DNA of 62,458 nucleotides, taken from contig DYQK01000004.1 of NCBI GenBank assembly GCA_020719385.1, forward strand, positions 1-62,458, read 5' to 3'. This DNA is from Rikenella microfusus. GTDB lineage: Bacteria > Bacteroidota > Bacteroidia > Bacteroidales > DYQK01. The notes beneath the pieces are model-generated. The model searched no databases. It saw nothing but the letters and a program-made list of their open reading frames with translations, and was not told the origin of the DNA. Made by a program: the position numbers and the translations under genes. Of this stretch, positions 47,217-58,639 are shown in pieces (position 1 is the stretch's first letter; each line of letters starts with the position of its first letter).

Positions 47217-49412
47217 TTAATTTCCCATTTCTGACAAATATTTGAGTCGCACTAAGCGAACATCAATTTCTGTAAATTCGTCTTCGCCAAGAATTTCGAG
47301 CGCTTTTTGCACGGATTCGGTCTGAGCAGTAGAGAAATATTCATAAATTATCTCTTGATGCTCGCGGTCCATAATTTGATTGATGTAATAATCAATGTTA
47401 ATTTTCGTTCCAGAGTTGACAATTGCCTCGATTTCGGTCAACAGTTCCTCGACTTCTAATTGTTTTGCTTCACAAATATCTTCGAAAGCAACTTTTCTGT
47501 CAATGGCTTGAATGATATAAACTTTTAAACCCGATTTATTCACCACCGACTTAACAATCATATCTTGAGGACGCTCAATTTCCTTTTCCTCTACGTATGC
47601 TTTTATCAACGTAATAAACTCTTTGCCATATCGTTTAGCTTTTCCCGCACCGACACCGACAATTTGCTGCAATTCCTCCATTGTTATCGGATATTGAATT
47701 GCCATGTCTTCGAGTGAAGTATCTTGAAAAATGACAAAAGAAGGAATGTCTTTCTGTTTTGCGATTTTCTTTCGCAAATCTTTCAACAGGGCGAACAACT
47801 CTGCGTCAGCAGCTCCTGTACCGATTCCTGCTTGTACGGGAGGAGTATCGTCCTCGTCCTCTTCTTCGAATTGGTGATCTTGTGTTATCATAAACGAAGT
47901 GGGATTTTTTAAATATTTCTGTCCCTGTGGGGTGATTTTCAGTAAACCGTAATTTTCTATGTCTTTTTCCAAAAAGTGTGCCACCATCATTTGTCGAATC
48001 ACTGCTCCCCAAAACTTCGAATCCTTGTCCTCACCAATAGCGAAGATGGGAAGTTTGTGATGCTTGTAAGAACGAATCGCAGCGTTGACCGTGCCGCTAA
48101 GAATATTTGAAACATGGTCCGCTTTAAACTTCTCGCGAACAGTCGTTATGACTTTGAAAGCTTTTATAACAAATTCCTTGCCCTCAAACTGCGGACGAGG
48201 ATGTAAACAATTATCGCAATTCTCACAATTTTGATGAAAATAATCCTCTCCAAAATAATGCAACAACATTTTTCTTCGACAAACAGAAGACTCCGTATAC
48301 GAAACCGTCTCGACAAGCAACTGTTTTCCAATTTCTTGCTCCGCAACAGGTTTGCCCTGCATAAACTTCTCTAATTTCTGAATGTCTTTGTAACTGTAAA
48401 ACGCAATACAACGTCCCTCGCCGCCATCACGACCTGCTCGCCCTGTTTCCTGATAATAACCTTCTAAACTTTTCGGAATATCATAATGAATCACGTAACG
48501 AACATCAGGCTTGTCAATACCCATCCCAAAAGCAATGGTTGCGACAATAACGTCTGCCTCTTCCATCAAAAATTTATCTTGATTACCCGAACGCATCGAA
48601 GACTCCATTCCTGCATGATAAGGAAGTGCTTTCACGCCATTTACGACCAACAACTGTGCTAACTCCTCAACTTTTTTGCGACTAAGACAATAAATTATTC
48701 CTGATTTCCCCATATTTGCTCTCACAAATTTGATTATCTCTCTTGCCGCACTCACCTTAGGACGAACCTCGTAATACAAATTGGGACGATTAAACGAAGT
48801 TTTAAACACCATTGCGTCAAGCATTGCCAAATTCTTCTGAATATCATGCTGAACCTTCGGCGTAGCAGTGGCGGTCAAAGCCATCAAAGGCGCACGACCA
48901 ATCTCTTCCATAATTGGACGAATCCTTCTATATTCTGGACGAAAATCATGACCCCACTCCGAAATACAATGTGCCTCATCAACAGCATAAAACGAAATTT
49001 TCACTCGTTTTAAAAACTCAATATTCTCTTCTTTTGTCAAAGATTCGGGAGCAACATACAATAACTTCGTTAAACCCGATAAAATATCTTCTTTAACTTT
49101 TGCAATTTGATTCTTATTTAACGAAGAATTCAGAAAATGTGCAACACCATCCTCGTTACTAAAACCACGCATAGAATCAACTTGATTTTTCATTAAAGCA
49201 ATTAACGGCGAGATAATAATGGCTGTACCTTCCAATAACAGAGCAGGAAGTTGATAACAAAGCGACTTTCCCCCACCCGTAGGCATCAACACAAACGTAT
49301 CACCGCCTCGCAAAACGTTACGAATAACGCCTTCCTGTTCACCAATAAAGCGATTGAAACCGAAATATTTTTGTAGATATTCCTTTATTGGATATTTTTT
49401 ATCGTCTCTCAT
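47217..49412 (-). CDS. recQ: ATP-dependent DNA helicase RecQ
   Basis: MPTGGGKS, DEAH..SEWGHDFRPEY, QETGRAGRDG, Zn-binding, RQC and HRDC regions; TATCTTTG at 49439-49446. Confidence 0.97.
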   Translation of the reverse strand: MRDDKKYPIKEYLQKYFGFNRFIGEQEGVIRNVLRGGDTFVLMPTGGGKSLCYQLPALLLEGTAIIISPLIALMKNQVDSMRGFSNEDGVAHFLNSSLNKNQIAKVKEDILSGLTKLLYVAPESLTKEENIEFLKRVKISFYAVDEAHCISEWGHDFRPEYRRIRPIMEEIGRAPLMALTATATPKVQHDIQKNLAMLDAMVFKTSFNRPNLYYEVRPKVSAAREIIKFVRANMGKSGIIYCLSRKKVEELAQLLVVNGVKALPYHAGMESSMRSGNQDKFLMEEADVIVATIAFGMGIDKPDVRYVIHYDIPKSLEGYYQETGRAGRDGGEGRCIAFYSYKDIQKLEKFMQGKPVAEQEIGKQLLVETVSYTESSVCRRKMLLHYFGEDYFHQNCENCDNCLHPRPQFEGKEFVIKAFKVITTVREKFKADHVSNILSGTVNAAIRSYKHHKLPIFAIGEDKDSKFWGAVIRQMMVAHFLEKDIENYGLLKITPQGQKYLKNPTSFMITQDHQFEEEDEDDTPPVQAGIGTGAADAELFALLKDLRKKIAKQKDIPSFVIFQDTSLEDMAIQYPITMEELQQIVGVGAGKAKRYGKEFITLIKAYVEEKEIERPQDMIVKSVVNKSGLKVYIIQAIDRKVAFEDICEAKQLEVEELLTEIEAIVNSGTKINIDYYINQIMDREHQEIIYEYFSTAQTESVQKALEILGEDEFTEIDVRLVRLKYLSEMGN

Positions 49413-49563
49413 TCGTATTTTAATTAAAATTTTCAAAACAAAGATAAAAATGAATTTTTAATTTTTTACTATTTTTTCTCAATTTTTTTTATTATTTTTG
49501 AAAAAATTTTTTTATTAAAATTTTATTTTTATAACTAATTGATTTTCAACAATTTATATTTCA

Positions 49564-50601
49564 ATGAATTTACAAAAAATTATCATTTCCCGAACAGATA
49601 GCATCGGAGATGTCGTTTTAACTTTGCCCATCGCAGGAATTTTAAAGCAAATTTACCCTAATTGCCGCATTTTTTTCTTGGGACAAACTTACACACTACC
49701 TATCTTAGAAACCTCACAACACATTGACGTTCCCTTAGATTGGACGAAATATGAAAAAGCACCTTTCATAGAAGCAGTAAATTTTTTTAAAAATTTGCGT
49801 GCAGACGCAATAATCCATATCTTCCCCAACTCAAAAATTGCCAGAGCCGCTTACAAAGCAGGAATTCCGCTGCGAATCGGAACAAGCCATCGATTATATA
49901 ATTGGTTGTGGTGCAACCGTCCTGTGAACATTCACCGAAAAAATTCGGATTTGCACGAAAGTCAGTTAAATATTAAATTGTTAGAACCCTTAACAGAAAA
50001 TATTGATTTCTCGTTGAAAGAAATTTCTCAATATTTCGGAATAACAAAAATTTCCCCGTTAAAAAATGAGTTATCTCAACTTATTGATAATAAACGTTTT
50101 AATTTAATTTTACACCCAAAATCACGCGGCAGCGCGCGCGAGTGGGGTTTAGAAAACTTCTCGCACCTAATAGAAATGTTGCCCAGCAGTCAATTTCGAA
50201 TTTTCGTCACGGGAACACCAAACGAGGCAAACGAAATGTCGCTTTTCCTCTCTCAATACAGACAACGAATTTTTAATCTCACGGGACAACTCTCGCTCAA
50301 AGAGTTAATCAGTTTTATCAATTCCACTGACGGACTTGTTGCTGCAAGCACTGGACCTTTGCACATCGCCGCTGCTTTGGGAAAAGCCGCTGTCGGAATT
50401 TATGCTCCAATGAGACCGATCTTCCCCCAACGTTGGTCGCCAGTAGGTGAAAATTCAAGAGTATTAGTGCTTGATAAAAAATGTAATGACTGCCGAAAAA
50501 CGCAAAATTGCAAATGTATTCGCGAGATTTCTCCCGCAGATGTCAAAAAAGTTTTACTACAACTTTACGAAAAAAAATTCGGCAAACCAAATAATTTTTA
50601 A
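49564..50601 (+). CDS. Glycosyltransferase family 9
   Basis: R.DSIGDVVL..P, HP.S, STGPLH.AAALG. Confidence 0.9.
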   Translation: MNLQKIIISRTDSIGDVVLTLPIAGILKQIYPNCRIFFLGQTYTLPILETSQHIDVPLDWTKYEKAPFIEAVNFFKNLRADAIIHIFPNSKIARAAYKAGIPLRIGTSHRLYNWLWCNRPVNIHRKNSDLHESQLNIKLLEPLTENIDFSLKEISQYFGITKISPLKNELSQLIDNKRFNLILHPKSRGSAREWGLENFSHLIEMLPSSQFRIFVTGTPNEANEMSLFLSQYRQRIFNLTGQLSLKELISFINSTDGLVAASTGPLHIAAALGKAAVGIYAPMRPIFPQRWSPVGENSRVLVLDKKCNDCRKTQNCKCIREISPADVKKVLLQLYEKKFGKPNNF

Positions 50602-51284
50602 CTACTTGAAGTTGTTGGAGTAAGAAAAGTTTTTTCCACCAAATCTACGTTGCGAATCGAAGCACGAAGCCATGCAAGAACTAAATCTAACTTCTCCTCA
50701 TCCGAAATTTGAAACGAAACGTCAGAACCTCGCAATTTCCACATCAAATGATGTAAAGTTACCGCTGCACAAACCGAAATATTTAAACTTTCGACAAAAC
50801 CAAACATCGGAATTCGCAAAAATTCATCTGCCGCATTCAACGACTCTTGCGTTAAACCTTCCTTCTCTGTTCCAAACAGCAACGCAATCTTTCCCTTCGA
50901 AACATCAAATTCCTCTAATTCAACATCATTTGTGTGCGGCGTTGTTGCGACAATACGATAATTTTGTGCTTTCAAATGTTCAATAACAGAACTTGTATTC
51001 TTCCAACGACGCAGAGACAACCATTTCGAAGTTCCCATCTCGACATCAGGATTTATTTGATAACGATTTTTATTCTCGACAATGTGAATATCTTGCACGC
51101 CGAAGGCATCGCAAGAACGTAAAACCGCACTTGCGTTGTGAGACTGATAAATATCTTCCAAAACGACAGTTAAATATCGAGTACGTTTTTCGACATTTTT
51201 ATAAAAAGTAGCAATTCTTTGCTCGGTAACAAATTTTGTGAGAAACGAAACCAAATTTCGCTTCATTTCCAAAAGTGAAGACAT
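50598..51284 (-). CDS. trmH: TrmH/SpoU family RNA 2'-O-methyltransferase
   Basis: HNASAVLRS.DAFG, FGTE..G, IPM.GFVESLNISV. Confidence 0.88.
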   Translation of the reverse strand: MSSLLEMKRNLVSFLTKFVTEQRIATFYKNVEKRTRYLTVVLEDIYQSHNASAVLRSCDAFGVQDIHIVENKNRYQINPDVEMGTSKWLSLRRWKNTSSVIEHLKAQNYRIVATTPHTNDVELEEFDVSKGKIALLFGTEKEGLTQESLNAADEFLRIPMFGFVESLNISVCAAVTLHHLMWKLRGSDVSFQISDEEKLDLVLAWLRASIRNVDLVEKTFLTPTTSSS

Positions 51285-51300
51285 AATTTGATAAAAAGAA

Positions 51301-51921
51301 TTAATTTGAAAAAACATATTTCGCAGAAACTTCGACAATATTTTGCAAAATACCTAAAAGCTTAGGTAAATTATTGATAAAATAACGTTTTTCATCAAAA
51401 GTGATTTCATTATTTTCAAATCTCAAAAAACGCCAAACATCGCCTGTCGTTGTTGCACCGAATAATACTTCTGAATAAAAATTATTCTCATCATTAAATT
51501 TTTTTGCACCGATAAGTTGTGCTGACGCTTGAATTATCCCTAAATCTAAATCTTGTTTTTTCGCTTCGGCAACGCAAAAAATCGGCGGCGAAACAAAATC
51601 GCGAATTTTTGAAAACGAAAATAAAAAATCACACTCACCATTTAAACCAAGGTCTGCATCAACATCAAGATTTAAACCCGAATAAAGTGAAACAGAAACA
51701 TTACCCTCGTTCAACAACGCAATTTCCTCTAAAATCGGAGAAACTAAACGCTCAGAACGAGATTTCTCACTATTATAACCCAATTTCTCACTCCTCAGCA
51801 ACGTTTCAGACAACCAAGCACTTGGCTCTATTAAATTTACATTCGGAAATAAATTTTTCTCACTAAATTTCACACCAAATTTATTCCCCAAATCTTTTTT
51901 TGTAAAATTGCTGTATGCCAT
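51301..51921 (-). CDS. HsdR_N-like PD-(D/E)XK nuclease-fold protein
   Basis: SEK.RSE..V.PIL, GECDF, VAEAKK, Q..AQL, G..TTG..W.F. Confidence 0.7.
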   Translation of the reverse strand: MAYSNFTKKDLGNKFGVKFSEKNLFPNVNLIEPSAWLSETLLRSEKLGYNSEKSRSERLVSPILEEIALLNEGNVSVSLYSGLNLDVDADLGLNGECDFLFSFSKIRDFVSPPIFCVAEAKKQDLDLGIIQASAQLIGAKKFNDENNFYSEVLFGATTTGDVWRFLRFENNEITFDEKRYFINNLPKLLGILQNIVEVSAKYVFSN

Positions 51922-51987
51922 AAATTTTTTTACAAAAATAAAAAACTTTTGCGAAATAAACAAAAAAATTTATCTCGCAAAAAAAAT

Positions 51988-53082
51988 TTACAAATAATTA
52001 ACAGAATTTGTGTTTATTTCAGAAATTTTAACAGAAACTTCAGTAAATTTTTGCAAAATTAACTCAAAAAACATCTCTCTCGCAACACTTTCTGACTCAA
52101 AATGACCAAAATCGGCAAAAATTATTCTGTCATCTGCCTCAAAAAATTGATGATATTTTATATCAGATGTTAAAAAAACATCGGCTTTTTGCGATATTGC
52201 GTTGCTAAGAAATTCTGCTCCTGCTCCGCCGCACAACGCAATTCTTCGCACTTTTTTCCCTAATAACTTCGAATGCCGCAAAACAGGAATATTTAAACTT
52301 TTCTTAACAAAAGTTAAAAATTCCAAATCTAAAACTTCCTCTTCCAAATCGCCTATTACTCCGCTGCCTTCACGCAAGCAAGAATTTTCCAACGCAAAAA
52401 TGTCATACGCAACTTCCTCGTAAGGATGATTTTTCAAAAGTGCGTCAATTAACGAATTTTGCCGATATTTCGGAAAAATTACTTCGATTTTTGTCTCTTT
52501 TTCGAAATGAATTTTACCAATTTCGCCGACAAACGGATTTGCGTTTTCCATTCCGCGAAATGTTCCCTCGCCCGCGGCATTGAAACTGCAACAATCATAA
52601 TTGCCGATATTGCCTGCTCCTGCCAAAAACAACGCCGAACGCACTTTTTCGCCGTGCGATTCGGGAACAAAAGTGATTAATTTCCGCAATTCGCCCATTT
52701 TTGGAGATAAAATTTTAACATTTTTTAACTTTAACTTCGCACCTAATCTTCCATTTATACCGTTTAAAATGTTGTCAAAATTTGTGTGGCCGCAATAAAG
52801 CGAAATGTCGTTTTTTATTGCTTTCATCACAATTTTCTCGGTAAAATTGCGGTTTATCAATTTTTTTAACCCGAAAAATATCGGCGGATGATGAGAAATA
52901 ATCAAATTAAACCCCAAAGAAATTGCCTCATCAAGCACAGATCCGGTAACATCAAGCGAAATCAAAATTCCCGTAATTTCATTTTGCGAATTTCCGACAA
53001 TTAGCCCGCTGTTGTCATAATTTTCTTGATACGAAAGCGGAGCAATTTGTTCCAAATATTTTGTTATCTCGTTGATAATCAT
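51988..53082 (-). CDS. Nif3-like dinuclear metal centre hexameric protein with PII-like insert
   Basis: DNSGL.VG, SHHP, HTN.D, HPYEE.A, GH..SE. Confidence 0.93.
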   Translation of the reverse strand: MIINEITKYLEQIAPLSYQENYDNSGLIVGNSQNEITGILISLDVTGSVLDEAISLGFNLIISHHPPIFFGLKKLINRNFTEKIVMKAIKNDISLYCGHTNFDNILNGINGRLGAKLKLKNVKILSPKMGELRKLITFVPESHGEKVRSALFLAGAGNIGNYDCCSFNAAGEGTFRGMENANPFVGEIGKIHFEKETKIEVIFPKYRQNSLIDALLKNHPYEEVAYDIFALENSCLREGSGVIGDLEEEVLDLEFLTFVKKSLNIPVLRHSKLLGKKVRRIALCGGAGAEFLSNAISQKADVFLTSDIKYHQFFEADDRIIFADFGHFESESVAREMFFELILQKFTEVSVKISEINTNSVNYL

Positions 53083-54935
53083 TATTTTCTGTTTTTAAGT
53101 TTGACCAAAATTTCTAAATTAAAAGACGAAAAAATTGTTTTATTACTTTTTTTCCCAATTTTTCCATCAATATTTATAAAACAAATTTCACTTTTCAAAA
53201 AATTATTTTCCTGAGAAAAGGTAAAATCTTTTTTCTCAACATTGTAAAAACGAAAATCAGAATGTTTTTTTTGCAATTTTTTCGGCAAAGAATCTAAGAA
53301 AAAAACCAATTCTTTCTCTTTTAACCGCTTGATTTTCAACAAATTATCTTTTTGTGAAAATGAAATAGTTAAAGAATCTTTATTTCCCAATTCGTAAGAA
53401 CGTTCTTGCAAAGCATTCAAAGAATCTTGATAATAATGATAAAAATTAAACGCAAAATAATAATCAAAATCCGAAACTTTTACCATTTTTTCATTCGGGA
53501 CAACGCTCGAAAAAGTGAAAAAATCGAAATTTTCGTGCCTTCCTGTATCAAAAACAGACTGCTGATACGAATTTATGCCCATTAATTCCAAAATTTTCGA
53601 ATGAGGATAACGCGAATTCTCCGTTGAATCGTTAAAAATTGTTGTTAAATCTTCTGTAAAAAATTCCTGAAAACATTTGTAACCGTGATAATCACACAAA
53701 TAATCAACTACATTGTAAATTTGCATATAATTTTCACTCGACATTGTTTTAGAATTTTTAACAATTTTACCATTTTTTAACAATTCTTCCTTTTCCAACA
53801 ACATTTTTAAACGACTCATTTGATTCATCTCCGACAAATTAAACGCACTCGTTGGTCCCAAAGTGGATAAAAACAACACACAAAAAAGCGAAATCGGAAT
53901 TATCGCAATATTTTTCAAGCGATTCACAAGCATAAAAATCGAAATTCCTGTCAACCAAAGGGCAAGCAACAAGATAAAAAATCGATTAACCGTTAAACCA
54001 TATTGGTTGATTCGCACTCCGATGGCGACAAATAATAAAATTATCAGCGGGAAAATTGCCCAATAAAAACCTTTTGCGTACATTCTTATCCATTGATGTT
54101 CGGTTTTCTCTTGAATCGGATACAACATTAAAAGTGAAAAAATTCCTGTTATTGAGAAACCCAAAACCAAGTACGAGACAATTCCTGACGGCAATCGAAA
54201 TTCTACAATAATTTGAATTATATAAACGTAAAGAATTGATAGATAGATAGTTACAAGTGGAATTAAGATGTATTGAGTGAAAATTTTCAGTCCCATCGGA
54301 TATTCTTCGTTGTTGAAGAACTCGAAATTTCGGGGAATTTGCGAGACAAAAAACCACGTATTAAAAATCGAAGCGACAAAAACCCACAATTCGCCGTAAG
54401 TTTTTACATCAATGTTTGTGTTAAAAAGTTTGTCAATAGTGAAAAGTGCAAGCACTAATCCCAAAAACAAAACAGCAGAAAATAAAATTGCCAAGACAAA
54501 ACGGAGAAATAAAATTCTGTTGTATTGCCAAAAAGTTTGCAAATTTCGATGCTGAAAATAAGTACTAATTGAGACAAACAAATGTGCTAAAATAGTGAAA
54601 ATCACTGCTTTAACAAAATCACTCATCAACCAATGTTCGGGCAATAAAAAATAATAGCCCATTAAAATTACAAATATTGCGAGTTGGAAAAAATGCGTTT
54701 TGAGAAAATCAAAATTTCTACCTTCTGACATCAAATAAATTCCGAGAGAAAGCGGCACGCCGAGCAGCGAAATATAAATTGCGTTCACAAACCAAAATGC
54801 TTCTTTAACATTTGGATTTTCAATGAGATAAAAACTGACGGCGAAACCAATTATCGCAAAAAATATCGTTACGGGAAAACGCAAAAGTGCGTCAACAGAG
54901 TTTTCAAATAATCTTTTGAGCGAAGGAAAATTCAT
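53082..54935 (-). CDS. DUF4153-like multi-pass membrane protein
   Basis: RFP N-terminus, PL...Y..ILY.Y, RI.QYGLT..R, GP......S..Q..R. Confidence 0.75.
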   Translation of the reverse strand: MNFPSLKRLFENSVDALLRFPVTIFFAIIGFAVSFYLIENPNVKEAFWFVNAIYISLLGVPLSLGIYLMSEGRNFDFLKTHFFQLAIFVILMGYYFLLPEHWLMSDFVKAVIFTILAHLFVSISTYFQHRNLQTFWQYNRILFLRFVLAILFSAVLFLGLVLALFTIDKLFNTNIDVKTYGELWVFVASIFNTWFFVSQIPRNFEFFNNEEYPMGLKIFTQYILIPLVTIYLSILYVYIIQIIVEFRLPSGIVSYLVLGFSITGIFSLLMLYPIQEKTEHQWIRMYAKGFYWAIFPLIILLFVAIGVRINQYGLTVNRFFILLLALWLTGISIFMLVNRLKNIAIIPISLFCVLFLSTLGPTSAFNLSEMNQMSRLKMLLEKEELLKNGKIVKNSKTMSSENYMQIYNVVDYLCDYHGYKCFQEFFTEDLTTIFNDSTENSRYPHSKILELMGINSYQQSVFDTGRHENFDFFTFSSVVPNEKMVKVSDFDYYFAFNFYHYYQDSLNALQERSYELGNKDSLTISFSQKDNLLKIKRLKEKELVFFLDSLPKKLQKKHSDFRFYNVEKKDFTFSQENNFLKSEICFINIDGKIGKKSNKTIFSSFNLEILVKLKNRK

Positions 54936-55066
54936 AAAATTTAACAAATTTTAAATAAAATTATGAAATCAAAAATATTTCGAGACAAATATAAGAAAAT
55001 TTTTTGATAAAAAAATTATTTTTCAAATATATTTTTTACTTTTGTCTTTGATTTTAGAGAAATAAA

Positions 55067-56224
55067 ATGAAAATTTTAATTTTAAATTACGAATATCCGC
55101 CCCTTGGCGGCGGAGCGGGCGTTTGCACAAGATTCGAAGCCGAAGGACTCGCATTTTTGGGCAACGAAGTAACGGTTTTAACTACTTGGTTCGAAGGCGA
55201 AAAAGAAATTTCTCAAGAAGGAAATTTAAAAATTATTCGTTTAAAATCGAAGCGAAAATTTGTTTATAAATCGAATCCCATAGAGTTTTTGTCGTGGATT
55301 TTATTTGCGAAGAAATATCTTAGAACTTATTGCAAATCAAGCGATTATGATATTTGTATCGCCAATTTTGCGTTGCCCGGCGGTGAGGTTGCGATGTCGT
55401 TGAAAAAAAATACAGGAATTCCGTATATTGTTGTCTCTCACGGGCAAGATATTCCGTGGTCGTATCCGAAGTTGATGTTAAAATATCATTTATTGACGTA
55501 TTTTCGTATCAAAAAAATTGTGAATCATTCTGAAAAATTGGTGTTATTGAGTCAAGATAAAAAAAGAATTGCAGACAATTTTACAGGGAAGAAATTGAGT
55601 CATAAAAATGTAGTTATTCCGAATGGCTGTGATATGTCGTTGTTTAAACCCGATTTTTCAAGGAAAAATAAAAATTTTGTGATTCTTTTTGTTGGTCGTC
55701 TTGTTGATATAAAAGATCCGTTTACTTTTTTGAATGCGTTAAAAATTTTGAAAAATAGCGGTTTTTCGAGTTTTTCTGCGAGAATATTAGGTGACGGCGA
55801 TTTGCGTGGCAAGATGGAACATTTTGTGCAAAAAAATGGTTTGTCTGAGAATGTTGTTTTTCGCGGTTGGGTTTCGAAGGGCGAGATGATTTTGGAATAT
55901 CAAGCGGCAAGTTTGCAGGTAATGTCGTCTGTTGAGGAGGCAATGTCGGTGGCAATTTTGGAATCTTTGGCATGCGGTCAATATGTGCTTTCTACCCCCG
56001 TGAGCGGAAATACGGACTGCATTATTGAGGGAGAAAATGGAGAATTTTTCCCGTTTAAAAAAGCAGAAGTTCTTGCACAAAAAATTCAACAATTTTATGA
56101 ACAAAAATTTTTGAACAGTTTTTCGGTTTCGACTAACATTCTCGAAAATTTTCGAGAAAAATATGATTGGAAAGAAATTGTTAAAGAATATGAAAATTTG
56201 TTAAAAAATATTTTGAAAAAATAA
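55067..56224 (+). CDS. Glycosyltransferase family 4
   Basis: EYPP.GGG, IPNG.D, FVGRL...K, E-X7-E. Confidence 0.9.
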   Translation: MKILILNYEYPPLGGGAGVCTRFEAEGLAFLGNEVTVLTTWFEGEKEISQEGNLKIIRLKSKRKFVYKSNPIEFLSWILFAKKYLRTYCKSSDYDICIANFALPGGEVAMSLKKNTGIPYIVVSHGQDIPWSYPKLMLKYHLLTYFRIKKIVNHSEKLVLLSQDKKRIADNFTGKKLSHKNVVIPNGCDMSLFKPDFSRKNKNFVILFVGRLVDIKDPFTFLNALKILKNSGFSSFSARILGDGDLRGKMEHFVQKNGLSENVVFRGWVSKGEMILEYQAASLQVMSSVEEAMSVAILESLACGQYVLSTPVSGNTDCIIEGENGEFFPFKKAEVLAQKIQQFYEQKFLNSFSVSTNILENFREKYDWKEIVKEYENLLKNILKK

Positions 56225-56253
56225 AAAAAGTTGTAATATTTTCTGTTTCTTTG

Positions 56254-56279
56254 ACTCTGTGAAAAATTTTTCACAGAGT
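56254..56279 (+). terminator. Perfect 26-bp palindrome followed by a T run
   Basis: ACTCTGTGAAAAATTTTTCACAGAGT. Confidence 0.75.
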
Positions 56280-56401
56280 TTTTTGCAAAAATGAAGTTAA
56301 ATTTTATTTTTTCTAATAATTTTTCGTTTTTAGATAAAAAATTTGAGAAAAATTTTTACTTTTGCAAAGAATATTTTTGTTAAAAAATTCAAGAAAATTT
56401 T

Positions 56402-58627
56402 ATGTCAAAAAAAGTTTCTGCCGAAACAGCAAACGAGTTAGGTTTGTCCGTTGAGGAATTTGAAAAAATACAAGAAATATTAGGTCGTATTCCGAATTTC
56501 ACCGAGTTAAGCATTTATTCAGTTATGTGGTCGGAACACGCCTCATATAAAAATTCGATTCGTTGGTTAAAGGTTTTGCCCAAATCAGGTTCTGCCGTTC
56601 TTGCCGAGGCAGGCGAGGAAAACGCAGGAATGGTTGACATCGGCGATGGTCTTGCTTGCGTTTTCAAAATCGAATCACATAATCATCCTTGTGCTGTTGA
56701 ACCTTATCAAGGTGCCGCAACAGGAGTCGGCGGAATAAACCGCGATATTTTTACGATGGGAGCAAGACCAATTGCTCAGTTAAACTCTCTTCGTTTTGGG
56801 AATCCACAAAATGAACGCACAAAATGGCTTTTGAAAAGAGTCGTAAAAGGAATCGGAGATTATGGAAATGCCTTCGGCGTCCCTGTTGTCGGCGGAGAAG
56901 TATTTTTCGAAGAATGTTATAATGTAAATCCGCTTGTCAATGCGATGTCTGTCGGAATAGTTCGCAAAGGCGAAACTGTTTCTGCCACCGCAAAAGGAAT
57001 CGGAAATCCTGTTTACATTGTCGGTTCAATGACAGGAAAAGACGGCATTCACGGAGCAACATTTGCTTCTGCCGATATTACTGAAAATTCTGCCGATGAC
57101 ATTCCTTCGATTCAAGTTGGAGATCCATTTATGGAAAAATTACTTCTCGAAGCAACTCTCGAAGTGATTCAGACTGGCGTAATTGTCGGAATGCAAGATA
57201 TGGGTGCCGCAGGAATCATTTGTTCAACCTCTGAAATGTCGGCGAGAGGAAATTGCGGGATGAAAATTTTTCTTGACAAAGTACCTTTGCGACAATCTCA
57301 AATTGAAGCGTGGGAAATTTTATTGTCCGAATCGCAAGAGCGAATGTTGATGGTTGTCGAAAAGGGAAAAGAAGAAATTGCGGAGCAAGTTTTCGAAAAA
57401 TGGGATTTGGCATACGCAATTATCGGCGAGGTTATTGAACAAGATATTTTGCAATTTTTTATGAACAAAGAGTTGGTCGCAGAAGTGCCTGCCTCGTCAT
57501 TGGTTTTAGGCGGCGGCGCACCTGTGTATGAACGCGAATTTGTTAAACCTTCATATCTCAAAGAAATTGTAAAATTCAATATTGATGACGTTCCTGTTCC
57601 TGAAAATTTGCGAGAAGTTGCGTGGTTTTTGCTTCAAAGACCGAATATTGCCTCGAAAAGATGGATTATTGAACAATATGACTCAATGATAGGCACTGCA
57701 AATTTGAGTACAAATTCTTGGTCAGACGCCGCAATTGTCAATTTGAAAGGGACAAACAAAGCACTTGCGTTAACGGTTGACTGCAATTCGCGTTATGTTT
57801 TCGCAGATTCTGAAGAGGGAACTGCTATTGCGGTTGCGGAAGCAGCGAGAAATATTGTTTGTTCAGGTGCAGAACCCTTAGCGATAACAAATTGTTTAAA
57901 TTTTGGGAATCCGTATAATCCTGAAGTTTATTGGCAGTTTGTCGGAGCAATAAAAGGAATGGCGAAGGCATGTCGCAAATTTGATACGCCTGTAACGGGC
58001 GGAAACGTAAGTTTTTATAATCAGTCAACAATAGACGGCAAAACTGTTCCTGTTTTTCCGACTCCCACAATTGGAATGCTTGGTTTATTGCGAGATAAGA
58101 AACATCAAATGTCAATTTCGTTCAAAAACAAAGGTGATATGATTTTTCTCATCGGTGAATCGCGAAATGATATTTCCTCTTCTGAATATTTGGTTTCGTA
58201 TCACGGAATAAAATATTCACCGACTCCGTTTTTCGATTTAGATTACGAATTTCGAATGCAGGAAGTTGTGCGAGAATTAATCACAAAAAATTTAATTTCT
58301 TCCGCTCACGATATTTCTGAAGGTGGTTTATTTATAACGTTGTTGGAATGTTCCTTGGGAAATGGTTTAGGTTTCGATATTACGTCTGATGCCGAGATTC
58401 GTTTAGATGCTTTTTTGTTCGGCGAATCGCAAGGAAGAGTGGTTATTTCTGTCATTCCGTACAAAGAAACAGAATTTGTCGATTTTATGATACAAAAGAA
58501 TTTTCCTTTTTCAACACTTGGACACGTAACAAAAGGCGAAATGCGAATTGATGATATTTCGTATGGTTTTGTGCAGGATGCAGAAAAGGAATATTTAACG
58601 GCTTTGGAAAAAGTCATCGGAGAATAA
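56402..58627 (+). CDS. purL: Phosphoribosylformylglycinamidine synthase subunit PurL (small form)
   Basis: WSEH.SYK, ESHNHP, GAATGVGG..RD, DMGAAG, SESQERM, GGNVS.YN. Confidence 0.97.
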   Translation: MSKKVSAETANELGLSVEEFEKIQEILGRIPNFTELSIYSVMWSEHASYKNSIRWLKVLPKSGSAVLAEAGEENAGMVDIGDGLACVFKIESHNHPCAVEPYQGAATGVGGINRDIFTMGARPIAQLNSLRFGNPQNERTKWLLKRVVKGIGDYGNAFGVPVVGGEVFFEECYNVNPLVNAMSVGIVRKGETVSATAKGIGNPVYIVGSMTGKDGIHGATFASADITENSADDIPSIQVGDPFMEKLLLEATLEVIQTGVIVGMQDMGAAGIICSTSEMSARGNCGMKIFLDKVPLRQSQIEAWEILLSESQERMLMVVEKGKEEIAEQVFEKWDLAYAIIGEVIEQDILQFFMNKELVAEVPASSLVLGGGAPVYEREFVKPSYLKEIVKFNIDDVPVPENLREVAWFLLQRPNIASKRWIIEQYDSMIGTANLSTNSWSDAAIVNLKGTNKALALTVDCNSRYVFADSEEGTAIAVAEAARNIVCSGAEPLAITNCLNFGNPYNPEVYWQFVGAIKGMAKACRKFDTPVTGGNVSFYNQSTIDGKTVPVFPTPTIGMLGLLRDKKHQMSISFKNKGDMIFLIGESRNDISSSEYLVSYHGIKYSPTPFFDLDYEFRMQEVVRELITKNLISSAHDISEGGLFITLLECSLGNGLGFDITSDAEIRLDAFLFGESQGRVVISVIPYKETEFVDFMIQKNFPFSTLGHVTKGEMRIDDISYGFVQDAEKEYLTALEKVIGE

Positions 58628-58639
58628 AAACAAAATTTT

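Noticed and set aside
40528-56224. Local switches in G/C strand skew (G-rich U32 and GT4 genes, C-rich plus strand around recQ)
   Set aside because: Judged by eye only and largely explained by gene orientation; no evidence for an origin or terminus.
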